From the NCBI GenBank assembly GCA_965247965.1, contig OZ252053.1:1710014-1774013 (forward strand): a stretch of DNA of 64,000 nucleotides, read 5' to 3'. Positions 49,757 to 60,392 of the stretch are shown piece by piece. The notes under the pieces are model-generated. The model was not told the origin of the DNA. It searched no databases and worked only from the letters and a program-made list of their open reading frames with translations. How positions within the stretch are numbered: the stretch's first letter is position 1; the number at the start of each line of letters is the position of its first letter. A program made the translations under genes and the position numbers. The DNA is from Saprospiraceae bacterium (GTDB taxonomy: Bacteria > Bacteroidota > Bacteroidia > Chitinophagales > Saprospiraceae).

Positions 49757-50648
49757 AATAACTATTTTTCTGATCTTACTTACTTTTTCTTTTGTTGTTC
49801 GTAGCCAGGAGTTCAATCTGCAAGTCAGCATTAATGCACCCGCATTAACCACTGCCGATCCGAAAGTTTTCAGAACACTCGAACGATCTATTTCTGAATT
49901 TTACAACAATCAACAGTGGACGGATGACCCATACGAACCTGAAGAAAGAATCGAGGGAACTATCCAGATCAACATCGCCGAAGATCTTTCTGCCACAGCA
50001 TTCAGGGCGAGTATATTAATATCTACCGCCAGGCCTGTGTACAATTCTACCTACACAGCTCCTTTGCTCAATCATATAGACAAACACTTTACATTTCAAT
50101 ACGAAGAGCTGACCCCAATAAGAGACAACACAACCACATTCACCGATAATCTGTCTTCGATATTGACTTATTATGCCTACGTAATGCTCGGTTTTGACTA
50201 TGACAGTTTTTCGCCTTATGGAGGCGACGAATATTTCAAAATTGCACAAAATATTGCAGCCAATGTACCGCCCAACATCTCAACCGGTGATGATGGGTGG
50301 AACGGCGCTTCTAATAAAAGAAACCGCCATTGGCTCGTAGAAAATTTATTGAATGCAAGACTCCGTACCTATCGAAAGTCATTTTACACTTATCACAGAT
50401 TCGGGCTGGACGTCATGGCTGATAATGCGCTCCTCGGAAAGTCAAAAATGCTGGAAGCCTTAAAAGAAATCGACCGGGTGAACCGAGGCTATCGGAATTC
50501 AATGATCCTTCAGATGTTTTCAAATAGCAAAAGAAACGAGATTCTTGAAATCTTTAAGAATTCTTTGAAACCTGAACAGAGAGCGGTGTACAATATAATG
50601 GCTACTATCGACCCTGCGCAATCTGGACAAATTGCTGAGCTTAGATAA
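49749..50648 (+). CDS. DUF4835-family protein with a signal peptide. Its start overlaps the coaBC stop (ATGCCTAG)
   Basis: Conserved coaBC-adjacent gene in Bacteroidota. Hydrophobic N-terminus. Confidence 0.6.
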   Translation: MPRITIFLILLTFSFVVRSQEFNLQVSINAPALTTADPKVFRTLERSISEFYNNQQWTDDPYEPEERIEGTIQINIAEDLSATAFRASILISTARPVYNSTYTAPLLNHIDKHFTFQYEELTPIRDNTTTFTDNLSSILTYYAYVMLGFDYDSFSPYGGDEYFKIAQNIAANVPPNISTGDDGWNGASNKRNRHWLVENLLNARLRTYRKSFYTYHRFGLDVMADNALLGKSKMLEALKEIDRVNRGYRNSMILQMFSNSKRNEILEIFKNSLKPEQRAVYNIMATIDPAQSGQIAELR

Positions 50649-50758
50649 TTTTAGCTTGTCCTGATACTCCCCAAAAAACATACCAAGCCCATTTCATTAA
50701 TCTTGATTTGTTGTCCGGAAATGCATTGGGGAATTTGAAATTTGAAATTTAAGATAAC

Positions 50759-51067
50759 ATGGGATTCATAATAGTCTATGTCACACACCCGGATCGGATG
50801 ACAGCTGAGAAGATTTCGAAAAGCCTGGTCGAAGAAAAAGTCATAGCTTGCTCGAACACCCTTTCGATTAAAAGCTGTTATTGGTGGCAATCTGCCATTC
50901 AGAATGAAGAAGAAATCGTCACAATTCTAAAGACAAAAAAGGAAAACTGGGAAAAGCTCAAGGCTCGTGTCGCTGAATTGCATCCTTATGAAGTGCCTTG
51001 TATTATGAAATTAGAAGTGGAAGCCAATCAGGAATATGAAGATTGGATAAGAACAAACTCATCTTGA
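50759..51067 (+). CDS. cutA: Divalent-cation tolerance protein CutA
   Basis: 102 aa CutA1 fold sequence (YVTHPD...VIACSN...HPYEVPCI). Confidence 0.85.
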   Translation: MGFIIVYVTHPDRMTAEKISKSLVEEKVIACSNTLSIKSCYWWQSAIQNEEEIVTILKTKKENWEKLKARVAELHPYEVPCIMKLEVEANQEYEDWIRTNSS

Positions 51068-51176
51068 GTGAGACCAAAACTAAAGAAGCCCTCAAATTAT
51101 TTTTTAGCTCAACTAAGAGTACGTTTAAATTTAACACATTGGGCTAAAAATGACCCTTCTGCACATACTCTAACAT

Positions 51177-51803
51177 CTACAACTTCGTCAACCTCAAATA
51201 GGGCTTCACCTTGTTAATGCCTTTAGGAAACATCTTCTCTGCTTCCTCATCCGATACAGATGGTAATACTACTACGTCATCGCCCTCTTCCCAATCGACT
51301 GGAGTTGCTACACTTTCATAAGCCGTCAACTGCAATGAGTCAATAACCCTTAGTATTTCAAGAAAATTTCGACCGGTAGAAGGCGGGTAGGTTAATGTAA
51401 GTTTGATCTTCTTATTTGGATCAATCACAAATACCGTTCTTACCGTTGCTTTCTCTGAGGCGTTTGGATGGATCATATCGTAGAGTTCAGCTACGTTCCG
51501 ATCTTCGTCAGCAATAAGAGGAAAATTGACTTCCACGTTTTGAGTTTCATTAATGTCTTTTATCCAATCGTTGTGAGAGCCTAGAGGGTCGACGCTGATC
51601 GCAATTGGTTTTACGTTTCTCTTTTGGAATTCTCCTTTCAGCGCAGCAGTGCGGCCCAATTCGGTAGTGCATACAGGTGTGAAATCTGCTGGGTGCGAAA
51701 AGAGTAAACCCCAGCTATCGCCGAGCCATTCGTAGAAATCTAGAGTTCCTTCTGTAGTCTTAGCTGTGAAATTGGGTGCGGTGTCTCCTAATCTTAGTGT
51801 CAT
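51177..51803 (-). CDS. 1-Cys peroxiredoxin (Prx6-type)
   Basis: FTPVCTTE peroxidatic Cys motif, 208 aa. Confidence 0.9.
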   Translation of the reverse strand: MTLRLGDTAPNFTAKTTEGTLDFYEWLGDSWGLLFSHPADFTPVCTTELGRTAALKGEFQKRNVKPIAISVDPLGSHNDWIKDINETQNVEVNFPLIADEDRNVAELYDMIHPNASEKATVRTVFVIDPNKKIKLTLTYPPSTGRNFLEILRVIDSLQLTAYESVATPVDWEEGDDVVVLPSVSDEEAEKMFPKGINKVKPYLRLTKL

Positions 51804-52013
51804 AATTGATTGGTTTTAATTATGATTAAAGTTAAGAATTAAATCTTCTAAACGAATGGAATGAAAAAGTTTTAATTATTTGTGAACATGTAAACCAAGC
51901 GACTCATTGAACTATCTAAAATTCCAGGCCGCTCGATAAACTCATACATGATATCGTCAAATTTGGAAATTGACAAGGCGGAATTGAATTTAGTGTCTCG
52001 CTATGGCAAATTA

Positions 52014-52799
52014 TCACAGCATATGCATACCGCCATCGGTAGGAATTACGGCACCATTAATATAGTTACCAGCTGGTGATGCTAAAAACAAAGCAAGGCC
52101 TCCCATGTCTGTTGGATAACCTATCCTTCGCATTGGATTAGCATCTTCTATGCCCTTGCGGACATCGTCTTTGAGCCAGCCCGCAGTCATTTTACTTTCA
52201 TAGGGGCCGGGTGCTATGGCGTTTACCGTAACACCCATTCCGCCGAATTTTATGGCCAACAACTTCGTCATATGATGCACGGCAGCTTTACTTGTACCAT
52301 AAGGTACGGTGTCCATCGACGATACCATCAGGCCATCGATCGAGCCAATATTTATGATCCGACTGGGGTTGGACGTATTTGCATTTTTGGTCAATAAGGG
52401 CAAGAAAGCCTGGGTCAGGAAGAAGATGGATTTGACGTTTATAGTCAAGACTTTATCATAGGCATGTTCCGGATGGGATTCAAACGGAGCACCCCAGGCT
52501 GCACCGGCATTATTGACCAAAATATCCAAAGAATTTTCCCTTTCTTTAATGGCATTGACAAAGCTGTCCCTTTCCTCGTTACTTGCGAGGTTGGCCGGAA
52601 TCGAAAAACAAGCGCCCAATTCAGAAAGCTTTTCCGCGGCTTCATCACAAGCGGCAGCTTTGCGGGCGGAAATGTAGACTTTGGCGCCATTTTCTACAAA
52701 AGCTTGTGCGATCATATATCCTATGCCTCTGGAACCACCTGTGACAATAGCTGTTTTTCCTTCAACAGAAAATAAATTGTTAATTGTAAGTTTATCCAT
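52014..52799 (-). CDS. SDR-family oxidoreductase
   Basis: TGGSRGIG NAD(P)-binding motif and the YxxxK catalytic region. The track ORF is trimmed to the internal Met. Confidence 0.85.
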   Translation of the reverse strand: MDKLTINNLFSVEGKTAIVTGGSRGIGYMIAQAFVENGAKVYISARKAAACDEAAEKLSELGACFSIPANLASNEERDSFVNAIKERENSLDILVNNAGAAWGAPFESHPEHAYDKVLTINVKSIFFLTQAFLPLLTKNANTSNPSRIINIGSIDGLMVSSMDTVPYGTSKAAVHHMTKLLAIKFGGMGVTVNAIAPGPYESKMTAGWLKDDVRKGIEDANPMRRIGYPTDMGGLALFLASPAGNYINGAVIPTDGGMHML

Positions 52800-52884
52800 G
52801 AAATTGTGTGTTTGTAGTTTCGTTAAACGAGGATGCAATGTACATAATTCAGATTAAGCCTTTACTGCCAACGACAACAAATTA

Positions 52885-53748
52885 ATGAAACGCAAGATCG
52901 TAAAGTGGACATTCATCGTTCTTTTGCTCTTGTTGTTAATTGCGAGCTATTTTGTCCTGAACTTTGAAATGCGATCGGACGATGAATCGCTAAGCATTTA
53001 CTTTTCGGAGTGTGGTGTTGATGTGGACATCCAATACACAAGAGGAATCCGGTCATTTGACACAAAAAGTTTGGCCGAAACTAATTACACTATCTTTTTT
53101 GTCCACGGCGCTCCCGGAGGCGGCGATCAATTCAAATCCTACATGGCGGACAGCTCTTTGAGATCAGTGGCGAATGTGATAAGTGTGGATCGTCCTGGCT
53201 ACGGTTACTCCAACTTTGGCATTGCTGAAGTGAACATCGTTAAGCAGGCGGCAGCGCTTCAGTTAGTCATAGAAAATACTATCGATACCAGCCAAAAAAT
53301 TATTCTTGTCAGTCATTCCTATGGCGGGCCGATATGTGCCTTTCTCAGTATCCTCATGAAAGAGCGTATACATTCGCATCTCATGCTTAACCCGGTTTTG
53401 GATCCGTACCATGAAAAGGTTTTCTGGTATTCTCCTATGCCGTTGTGGTGGCCATTTAGATATTTCAGCAGTGGTGCGATGAAGGTGGCGGCTTATGAAA
53501 AGCTCAGCCATATTGAAGAATTAAAGAAACTGGAAAATTTCTGGAAGGACGTGGAAGTGCCGACCGTTCATGTACAGGCAGCGAAGGACTTTCTTGCGCC
53601 AAAGGAGAATGCGGATTTTGTTAAAGAGAAGTTCAACTCAGAACATACGAAAATTACGATATTGGGAAATTCGTCTCATCTTATTCCCTTTACGGAAAAG
53701 GAACTGGTGGTTAAACTCATTATGGACCAAATAAGACGGGAATTGTAA
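52885..53748 (+). CDS. Alpha/beta-hydrolase-fold protein with an N-terminal TM segment
   Basis: HGAPGG oxyanion region and the SHSYGG nucleophile elbow. Confidence 0.7.
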   Translation: MKRKIVKWTFIVLLLLLLIASYFVLNFEMRSDDESLSIYFSECGVDVDIQYTRGIRSFDTKSLAETNYTIFFVHGAPGGGDQFKSYMADSSLRSVANVISVDRPGYGYSNFGIAEVNIVKQAAALQLVIENTIDTSQKIILVSHSYGGPICAFLSILMKERIHSHLMLNPVLDPYHEKVFWYSPMPLWWPFRYFSSGAMKVAAYEKLSHIEELKKLENFWKDVEVPTVHVQAAKDFLAPKENADFVKEKFNSEHTKITILGNSSHLIPFTEKELVVKLIMDQIRREL

Positions 53749-53817
53749 TGGGGCTGCCAATTTATTGGCGGCTTTTGAAAACTTATTTTCTTTTGAGCAT
53801 TTCTAAGTAAAAAAGTA

Positions 53818-54102
53818 CTACAAGTGCCTAACTGTAATAATTCTTTGAAGTCGGGGGCGAGTGTTATCATAGCCAGCTTGTCGCATTCTGAGGACCTCTG
53901 AGCCAATAACGCGTTCTTCAGGTGTTTTAGACAACCAAAATTTTGTATCGTCCAGGGAGTTTCCCTTAAGGCCTCGTATGGTAACTTTGGTTTTGTCTAA
54001 TCGCTGTAGATCCTCTTTGTGCATGTGATAAAAATAACGCAGATTTAGGGTGTAAGTTGCGACCCATAAGCAATCCTGATCCTCTGTCAATGTTAAACTC
54101 AA
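53818..54102 (-). CDS. Hypothetical protein (94 aa), possibly a gene remnant
   Basis: ORF only. Overlapping alternative ORFs and no clear domain. Confidence 0.25.
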   Translation of the reverse strand: MSLTLTEDQDCLWVATYTLNLRYFYHMHKEDLQRLDKTKVTIRGLKGNSLDDTKFWLSKTPEERVIGSEVLRMRQAGYDNTRPRLQRIITVRHL

Positions 54103-54429
54103 CTAACGACTTCAATTTAGGCAGGTTTTCTCGACCAACTCCTCACATTACACAATTCCATAATACATACCCATTTGACCATTAAGCAAGAATAAATTAT
54201 ATTTATGCCATATATATAAGTTACTCATCTGTTGAACCTTCCGACACCAGCTCAAAATCCTCAATACGATCCAAAATATTCCAATTGATTATAATTTATA
54301 ATCAGTTGGATTAGAAGAAATAACACTTTAGGGAAATTTATATGTATTTTGTAATAAAAAGTGGTAGAAAGTGTCGAGAAGTGGGAAATCGAATTATACA
54401 TTTGAGACGTAAGCTACTCCAAGTGTTGG

Positions 54430-54888
54430 ATGCAAAGATTAACCGGAGAACACGAAATCAAGGTCGATGCCAAAGGGCGTCTGCGTATCCCTTCTTCTCT
54501 GGTGCGTCAACTAGGTAGCGACAATTTGACATTTACAATTAACAGAGGTTTCGAAAAGCACCTGATCCTTTATCCAAAGACGGTATGGGACAAAAAAGCT
54601 GCTGAAATAGATCAATTGAGCATGTATCAATCGAGGCAACGGCAAGCCCTCCGATTTTTTTACCGGGGCGCTTCCGAGTTGGTTCTTGACAGCTCTGATC
54701 GCATTCTCTTGCCAAAGCCCCTGGTGAAATATGCCGGGATAGGTTCGACGGTAGTCCTGTTTGCACTGCAGGAGCAAATCGAGATTTGGTCAGAGGAGGA
54801 ATACGATAAAATGATCGCACAGGAGCCGGAAGACTTTTCTCAGATTGCCGATGAGATATTCGGTAACTCTGACAACAATGAAGACTAA
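54430..54888 (+). CDS. mraZ: Transcriptional regulator MraZ
   Basis: Duplicated MraZ/SpoVT-AbrB-like domains (DAKGRLRIPS and DSSDRILLPK), first gene of the dcw cluster. Confidence 0.9.
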   Translation: MQRLTGEHEIKVDAKGRLRIPSSLVRQLGSDNLTFTINRGFEKHLILYPKTVWDKKAAEIDQLSMYQSRQRQALRFFYRGASELVLDSSDRILLPKPLVKYAGIGSTVVLFALQEQIEIWSEEEYDKMIAQEPEDFSQIADEIFGNSDNNED

Positions 54889-55810
54889 GACGAACGAAGA
54901 TAAATTTCATGTCCCCGTTCTGCTCGAAGAAAGCATCGACCTCCTGATCACTGATCAATCGGGAATCTATATCGATGCAACATACGGCGGAGGAGGGCAC
55001 TCAAAACGAATACTACAACGAATAACGGCCAACGGGCGACTTTTCGGTTTTGACCAGGACGGAGCTGTATTTCAAAATCTGATCAGGGATGATCGGTTTG
55101 AATTCGTGTTTTCCAATTTTGAATATATCAGTAGATATATGCACTATTTTGGAATCACACAAGTTGACGGAATCATTGCAGACTTGGGCGTATCATCTCA
55201 TCATTTGGATGATCTCGAAAGAGGTTTTTCGATCCGATCAGATGCAGACTTGGATATGCGCATGAACAAAGCCAACTCAATAACAGCACAATCGATACTC
55301 AATAGCTATTCGGAAACCGATTTGGTTCGTTTATTTTCTGAATTTGGTGAAGTACGCAATGCAAAGACTTTGGCTAAAGCCCTTGTAAATCAGCGAGCTA
55401 GGACACCATTTTCGGCTATAGAACTATTCACCGAGTTTTTGCAACGCTATATAATAGGCGACAGGCATCGTTACATGGTGCAAGTATTTCAGGCCTTGCG
55501 TATCGAGGTGAACAGAGAGTTGAAAGTGTTGAAAAGTCTGTTGATCCAGGCAGCGCATCTTTTGAAAACAGGAGGCAGGGTAGTAGTGCTGAGCTACCAT
55601 TCACTCGAGGATCGCCTTGTAAAAAACTATTTCAAAGGCGGCAACTTCGAGGGAGTAAGGATGCAGGATGATTTTGGAAAGGTGGACAGGCCATTTCGGG
55701 AGTTAGTACCAAAATTGGTACTTCCCTCTGAAGAAGAAATTGAAAAAAACCGTAGAGCGGCAAGCGCCAAGATGCGTGTTGCGGAGCGGATATTGAAAGA
55801 CGACGAATAA
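54878..55810 (+). CDS. rsmH: 16S rRNA (cytosine1402-N4)-methyltransferase RsmH
   Basis: HVPVLLEE...DATYGGGGHS SAM-binding motif. The start overlaps the mraZ end. Confidence 0.9.
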   Translation: MKTKTNEDKFHVPVLLEESIDLLITDQSGIYIDATYGGGGHSKRILQRITANGRLFGFDQDGAVFQNLIRDDRFEFVFSNFEYISRYMHYFGITQVDGIIADLGVSSHHLDDLERGFSIRSDADLDMRMNKANSITAQSILNSYSETDLVRLFSEFGEVRNAKTLAKALVNQRARTPFSAIELFTEFLQRYIIGDRHRYMVQVFQALRIEVNRELKVLKSLLIQAAHLLKTGGRVVVLSYHSLEDRLVKNYFKGGNFEGVRMQDDFGKVDRPFRELVPKLVLPSEEEIEKNRRAASAKMRVAERILKDDE

Positions 55811-55880
55811 GTTATGCCTTTGGCATAAACGTTCGACAATGATGTGAATTTTGGTAGCCACACCCGCCTGCCGTCGGGCA

Positions 55881-55949
55881 GGGATTACACGAATTACACA
55901 GATTGTTTGCCTACGGCAATAATCCGTGTGCATCTGTGAAATCTGTGGC
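55881..55949. repeat. ~70 bp interspersed repeat (ggattacacgaattacacagatt...ccgtgtgcatctgtgaaatctgtggc) with internal inverted symmetry. A homologous copy lies at 61733..61812
   Basis: Aligns by eye with 61735..61810. gattacacagatt and aatctgtgaaatc are reverse-complementary arms. Confidence 0.75.
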
Positions 55950-56024
55950 CTATCCCTTTGCCGGAGGCAAAGAAAGAAAGTTCAGGGACTATTATTGGTC
56001 TCTTGCTGAATAAGATAGGATGTA

Positions 56025-56312
56025 ATGAATTTAGAAAAATACAGGTTGTATCCGAGCGTGATCAGGAATATGAACTTCATCACCTTGTGGGCAGTGCTCG
56101 CGTTGATCTATATCGCTAATGTACACAGCGCGGAGAAGAAGATACGAGAAATGGATAAGACGCAGAAGGAGATAGAGGAGTTGCGCAGGGAATATATTAA
56201 TGTAAAGGACAAGAGCTTGTACGACGGTACAATGTACCAAATAGTGCAACAAGTAGACGGAATGGAGGTGAATAAAAGCGCCAAGATTCCGAAGAAGATA
56301 AAAAGGACGTAG
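56025..56312 (+). CDS. ftsL: FtsL-like cell-division protein
   Basis: 95 aa with a single TM segment plus a coiled coil, in the conserved position between rsmH and ftsI. Confidence 0.6.
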   Translation: MNLEKYRLYPSVIRNMNFITLWAVLALIYIANVHSAEKKIREMDKTQKEIEELRREYINVKDKSLYDGTMYQIVQQVDGMEVNKSAKIPKKIKRT

Positions 56313-56415
56313 ATAAAGGGTTAAGCCCTTCCTAGCCTTTCGCCAGTTGGCGGAGAGGAGTTCGTGCGAGGCTGAACTGACGGCAATGATGAAAAAGTAA
56401 AATATAACTGATCTG

Positions 56416-58512
56416 ATGGAACGAAAAAACGAACTACTCGTACGCGTGTATTTGGTGCTTGTTTTTTTCGTAGCGATTGCGGGTGTGATAGGTTGGAAAA
56501 TAATCAATACTTCTTTGCTCGAAGGTGCAAAATGGAAAGAAAAAGAGGAAAATAGATATCTGAAATGGAGGCCTGTAAAGGCTCAACGAGGAGATATATA
56601 TTCAGATGACGGCGAAAGATTGCTCGCCTCATCGATTGAGTTCTTTGAAATTAGGATGGATCCGGTAGCTCCTTCGGATGCCACTTTTAAGGAAGGCATT
56701 TACGGCCTGTGCATTGGTTTGGAAAGAATACTGGATACACAAAGCGCACAGGAATGGAGGGATATATTGGAAGGAGCCAGAAATGCGTACGGCAGGTCTC
56801 AAAAAAGCGGGAGCCGCAATATTTTGATCGGCAGAAAGGTGGGCGACGAGTTGTTGAGCAAGCTCAAGGAGTTGCCCTTATTCAAGTTGGGCAAGCACAA
56901 AGGAGGCCTGATCGTCAATCGTTTTTACTCGCGGAAAAAACCATTTAAGCAACTCGCTTCACGCAGCATAGGAGAATATAGAGAGAGCAATATGGTGGGT
57001 ATCGAGAAGCGCTACGACAAGGTGTTGAGAGGTGCCGAAAGAAAGGAGCTTATGCGCTTTGTTTCGCCTGATCTCTGGATCCCGATGTACGATCCGACGG
57101 ATTTTGAAGTGATACGAGGCAAGGATGTAGTTGCAACGTTAAACGTTGATATTCAAGATGTTGTGCACCACGAACTGGAAAAAGGTATAGTGGAAAACGG
57201 TGCGGAAGCCGGAGTGATCATCGTGATGGAAGTGGAGACAGGATTTATCAAAGCTATGTCTAATCTTCATTTTAAAAGAGGGCAGATTCGAGAAATAGAA
57301 AACCTGGCAGTGAGACAAAGAACGGAGCCGGGATCGACTTTTAAAGCAGTGTCCACTTTGGCGCTCCTGGAGGGTGGAGTCGATGTAAAAACAAAAGTGA
57401 AGATCGACAAGGGAAGAAAGAAATTCTACGACTTGTGGATGTACGATTCGAATTATCCACATGGCGATATAATCTCGGACTTGGAAGAGTCCTTTGTAAA
57501 ATCCTCAAATGTGGGGATAGCCACACTGGCACAAAAAAGATTTGGTAGCAAAGAAGGTCGTAACGAGTTTTATCAGATTCTGGGCCGGTTTGGATTGCTT
57601 GAAAAAACGGGTATTGATTTAGTCGGCGAACCAAAGCCATATGTCAAAAATCCTTCAAAGGATCATACATGGTCAGGGGTGACAATTCCCTGGATGGCAC
57701 ACGGTTACGAATTGCAGATTACGCCGCTTCAGACATTAGCATTTTATAATGCGATTGCAAATGACGGTGTCCATATGGAGCCGAGATTGGTCAAGTCAAT
57801 TCGAGAAGGAGACAAGGTGATTCGAGAATTCCGACCGCAAGCCAGGAAACAGAGGATAGCAACAGCAGAGAACATCGAGTTGATAAAAGAATTGATGAGG
57901 GAGGTTGTGACACGAGGCACGGGCAAGAATATCTACACCGACGAGTACGAATTAGCCGGAAAAACGGGTACGGCTACATTCAATTATTCCGGCGACAAAG
58001 AGAAAGGATATAACGCATCATTTGCAGGATTTTTTCCCGCTGATGAGCCGAAATATTCGATGATCGTTGTGGTGTATGGTTTGAGAGGCCAATATTACTA
58101 CGGTTCCCAGGTAGCAGGTCCGATTTTTCGGAGGGTAGCGGATCGGATAATCGCACTGGATGGCGGCGTGGAAATCGCTTACGTCGATGATTTGACAGAT
58201 CTGCCCAATAGTTCAAAAGGCTTCGGTGGTGATTTTCAGGATTTGTATGACGGTTTGGGGCGTGCGCAGAAAAAGCGATTCCCTAGATGGGCCCGAATAG
58301 AAAATGACGGTAAGCGCACATTTGCACAAAAAGCCTTGATCAGGAAGAGCCAGGTACCGGATGTAAAAGGTATGGGATTAAGGGACGCAATGTACGTTCT
58401 GGAAAATATCGGTATCAAAGTAGAAGTGAACGGTGCCGGAAAGGTCTACAAGCAATCAAAAAAACCAGGAACCAAGTTGGATGGAAAATCCATTGAAATA
58501 TATCTGAACTAA
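56416..58512 (+). CDS. ftsI: Penicillin-binding protein (FtsI/PBP3-type transpeptidase) with a C-terminal PASTA domain
   Basis: STFK and KSSN transpeptidase motifs. Dimerisation domain and PASTA (VPDVKGMGLRDA). Confidence 0.9.
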   Translation: MERKNELLVRVYLVLVFFVAIAGVIGWKIINTSLLEGAKWKEKEENRYLKWRPVKAQRGDIYSDDGERLLASSIEFFEIRMDPVAPSDATFKEGIYGLCIGLERILDTQSAQEWRDILEGARNAYGRSQKSGSRNILIGRKVGDELLSKLKELPLFKLGKHKGGLIVNRFYSRKKPFKQLASRSIGEYRESNMVGIEKRYDKVLRGAERKELMRFVSPDLWIPMYDPTDFEVIRGKDVVATLNVDIQDVVHHELEKGIVENGAEAGVIIVMEVETGFIKAMSNLHFKRGQIREIENLAVRQRTEPGSTFKAVSTLALLEGGVDVKTKVKIDKGRKKFYDLWMYDSNYPHGDIISDLEESFVKSSNVGIATLAQKRFGSKEGRNEFYQILGRFGLLEKTGIDLVGEPKPYVKNPSKDHTWSGVTIPWMAHGYELQITPLQTLAFYNAIANDGVHMEPRLVKSIREGDKVIREFRPQARKQRIATAENIELIKELMREVVTRGTGKNIYTDEYELAGKTGTATFNYSGDKEKGYNASFAGFFPADEPKYSMIVVVYGLRGQYYYGSQVAGPIFRRVADRIIALDGGVEIAYVDDLTDLPNSSKGFGGDFQDLYDGLGRAQKKRFPRWARIENDGKRTFAQKALIRKSQVPDVKGMGLRDAMYVLENIGIKVEVNGAGKVYKQSKKPGTKLDGKSIEIYLN

Positions 58513-58570
58513 AAAAGATAAATGGGTACTAAAGAGATACCTGTTGATTTGAGTGCTACATTTTAAGATT

Positions 58571-58620
58571 TCGCCACCACTTCGGCGAGACCCGCCCATT
58601 GGCGGATTCGCCCGGATGTG
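58571..58620. repeat. GC-rich palindromic repeat unit (cgccaccacttcggcgagacccgcccattggcggattcgcccgg) in the ftsI-murE spacer
   Basis: Local GC island and the palindrome ccgccaatgggcgg. Confidence 0.45.
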
Positions 58621-58679
58621 GATTTTCAAGCAAAAGGTCTCCAGACCTCTTTGCGGCAGCGAAAAAGAAATACACTTAA

Positions 58680-60125
58680 ATGACTTTATTTGAAATACTA
58701 GAAAGCGTTGATACTGAGGAGGTTATAGGCATTGATTGTCATATTACCTCAGTAGAAATTGATTCTAGAGAAGTGGGAAATGGCTCCTTGTTTTGTGCGT
58801 TAAAAGGCACTCAACGGGACGGTCATGACTACATCGAGAATGCGCTGAAAGCAGGAAGCGCCGCGATACTTTGCAACGACCTGCCGAAAAAGCTCAATGC
58901 AAAAGTCACTTACGTGAAAGTAAAGGACACCAGGAAGGCGCTCGATCAAGTTTTGAATCAGTTCTACGACGATGTCTCATCGCAACTCTCACTGATAGGA
59001 GTGACAGGTACGAATGGAAAAACAACGGTGGTGACTCTTCTAGCCGATCTTTTTGGCCTTCTAGGTTATAAAGTCGGATTGATCTCAACAGTTGAGATGA
59101 GAATCGGAGATGTGAAACGAGAAGCGAAATTGACGACACCGGACATTGTGAGCTTGCACAAGTTGATTCGCGAAATGGTCGGAAAGGGTTGCGATTATGC
59201 CTTTATGGAGGTGAGTTCGCACGCCATTGATCAGCGGAGAATCGGAGGGTTGAATTTTAGAGGAGCAGTTTTCACAAACATCTCGCACGACCACCTCGAC
59301 TATCACAAGACTTTCAAGAATTATATAAATACGAAGAAAAAGTTCTTTGACAAATTGGGCAAATCATCATTCGCATTGACAAATATCGACGATCCGAATG
59401 GTGAGGTAATGATGCAAAACACCAAAGCAGATATCAGCCGTTACAGTATGAACAAAATGGCTGATTTCAAAGCGAAATTGATCTCGAACGATCTTAGCGG
59501 AATGCTGCTCGACATCAACGGCAAGCGAGTGCACGTAGCTTTAGCAGGCGGATATAACGCATACAATCTTACTGCCGTGTATGGAGTCGCGACATTACTC
59601 GGTGCGAAAAGTGAGGAAATCCTTGTTGCCATAAGTAGGCTCAAAGCTCCCAAGGGAAGGTTTGAGATTATAGGCGGTCATGATACGGCAAAAATCATAG
59701 TGGATTACTCGCATACGCCGGATGCCCTATTGAAAATATTGAAGGCAATACAAGAAGTAAAACGCCAAGGCAAGATCATCACGGTAATCGGTTGCGGTGG
59801 AGATCGCGACAAGAAAAAACGGCCCAAAATGGCCATAGTAGCAGTGAATTACAGCAACCAGTCAATTTTTACTTCTGACAATCCGAGATGGGAAGATCCC
59901 AAATCCATAGTTAACGATATGGTAAAAGGATTGACCAAAGATGCCAAAAACAAAGTAATCGAAATCACAGATCGACGAAATGCGATTAAGACGGCGATCA
60001 AAATGGCAGAAGCGGATGATATTGTCCTGATAGCTGGTAAAGGACATGAGAATTACCAGGAAATCAAAGGTGAGCGAAAGCCTTTTGACGATGCAGAAAT
60101 TGCCAGAGAAATTCTGGCTTCATGA
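58680..60125 (+). CDS. murE: UDP-N-acetylmuramoyl-L-alanyl-D-glutamate--2,6-diaminopimelate ligase
   Basis: GVTGTNGKTT P-loop and the Mur ligase middle and C-terminal domains. Confidence 0.92.
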   Translation: MTLFEILESVDTEEVIGIDCHITSVEIDSREVGNGSLFCALKGTQRDGHDYIENALKAGSAAILCNDLPKKLNAKVTYVKVKDTRKALDQVLNQFYDDVSSQLSLIGVTGTNGKTTVVTLLADLFGLLGYKVGLISTVEMRIGDVKREAKLTTPDIVSLHKLIREMVGKGCDYAFMEVSSHAIDQRRIGGLNFRGAVFTNISHDHLDYHKTFKNYINTKKKFFDKLGKSSFALTNIDDPNGEVMMQNTKADISRYSMNKMADFKAKLISNDLSGMLLDINGKRVHVALAGGYNAYNLTAVYGVATLLGAKSEEILVAISRLKAPKGRFEIIGGHDTAKIIVDYSHTPDALLKILKAIQEVKRQGKIITVIGCGGDRDKKKRPKMAIVAVNYSNQSIFTSDNPRWEDPKSIVNDMVKGLTKDAKNKVIEITDRRNAIKTAIKMAEADDIVLIAGKGHENYQEIKGERKPFDDAEIAREILAS

Positions 60126-60183
60126 TAAAAGAGGATATATAAGAGTAGGTTCTATTATCATTCTCAGGTTGGTTTTAACAGTT

Positions 60184-60223
60184 GCAGTGGTGCCGATAAA
60201 GATCGGATACCACTGCTTTTTTT
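60184..60223 (+). terminator. Rho-independent terminator after murE
   Basis: Hairpin gcagtggtgccgat-aaag-atcggataccactgc followed by a T7 run. Confidence 0.7.
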
Positions 60224-60224
60224 C

Positions 60225-60340
60225 CCTCGACTCGCTGTGCTCGCTCGGGGTGACAATTTCCCTTCGACAAGCTCAGGGTGACCCAGCACATTCGACACGC
60301 GTTCGACTGAGCCCACATCGCAGTCCCAGGGTAACAACCT
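60225..60340. repeat. GC-rich palindromic REP/MITE-like element. It is the source of the spurious ORF 60046..60360, which reads ...[18 protein letters not shown]
   Basis: cgacaagctcagggtgac / cgactgagcccacatcgcag. GC island. Confidence 0.55.
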
Positions 60341-60392
60341 ATCGAGGCCTATTCAAATAGACTTAAACAAAAGACGAATCACATTTAGATGC

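Noticed and set aside
60046-60360. 104 aa ORF reading through the murE terminator and the GC-rich repeat (…[18 protein letters not shown]…)
   Set aside because: This is a classic spurious translation of a GC-rich palindromic repeat. It overlaps the terminator hairpin and has no start context.
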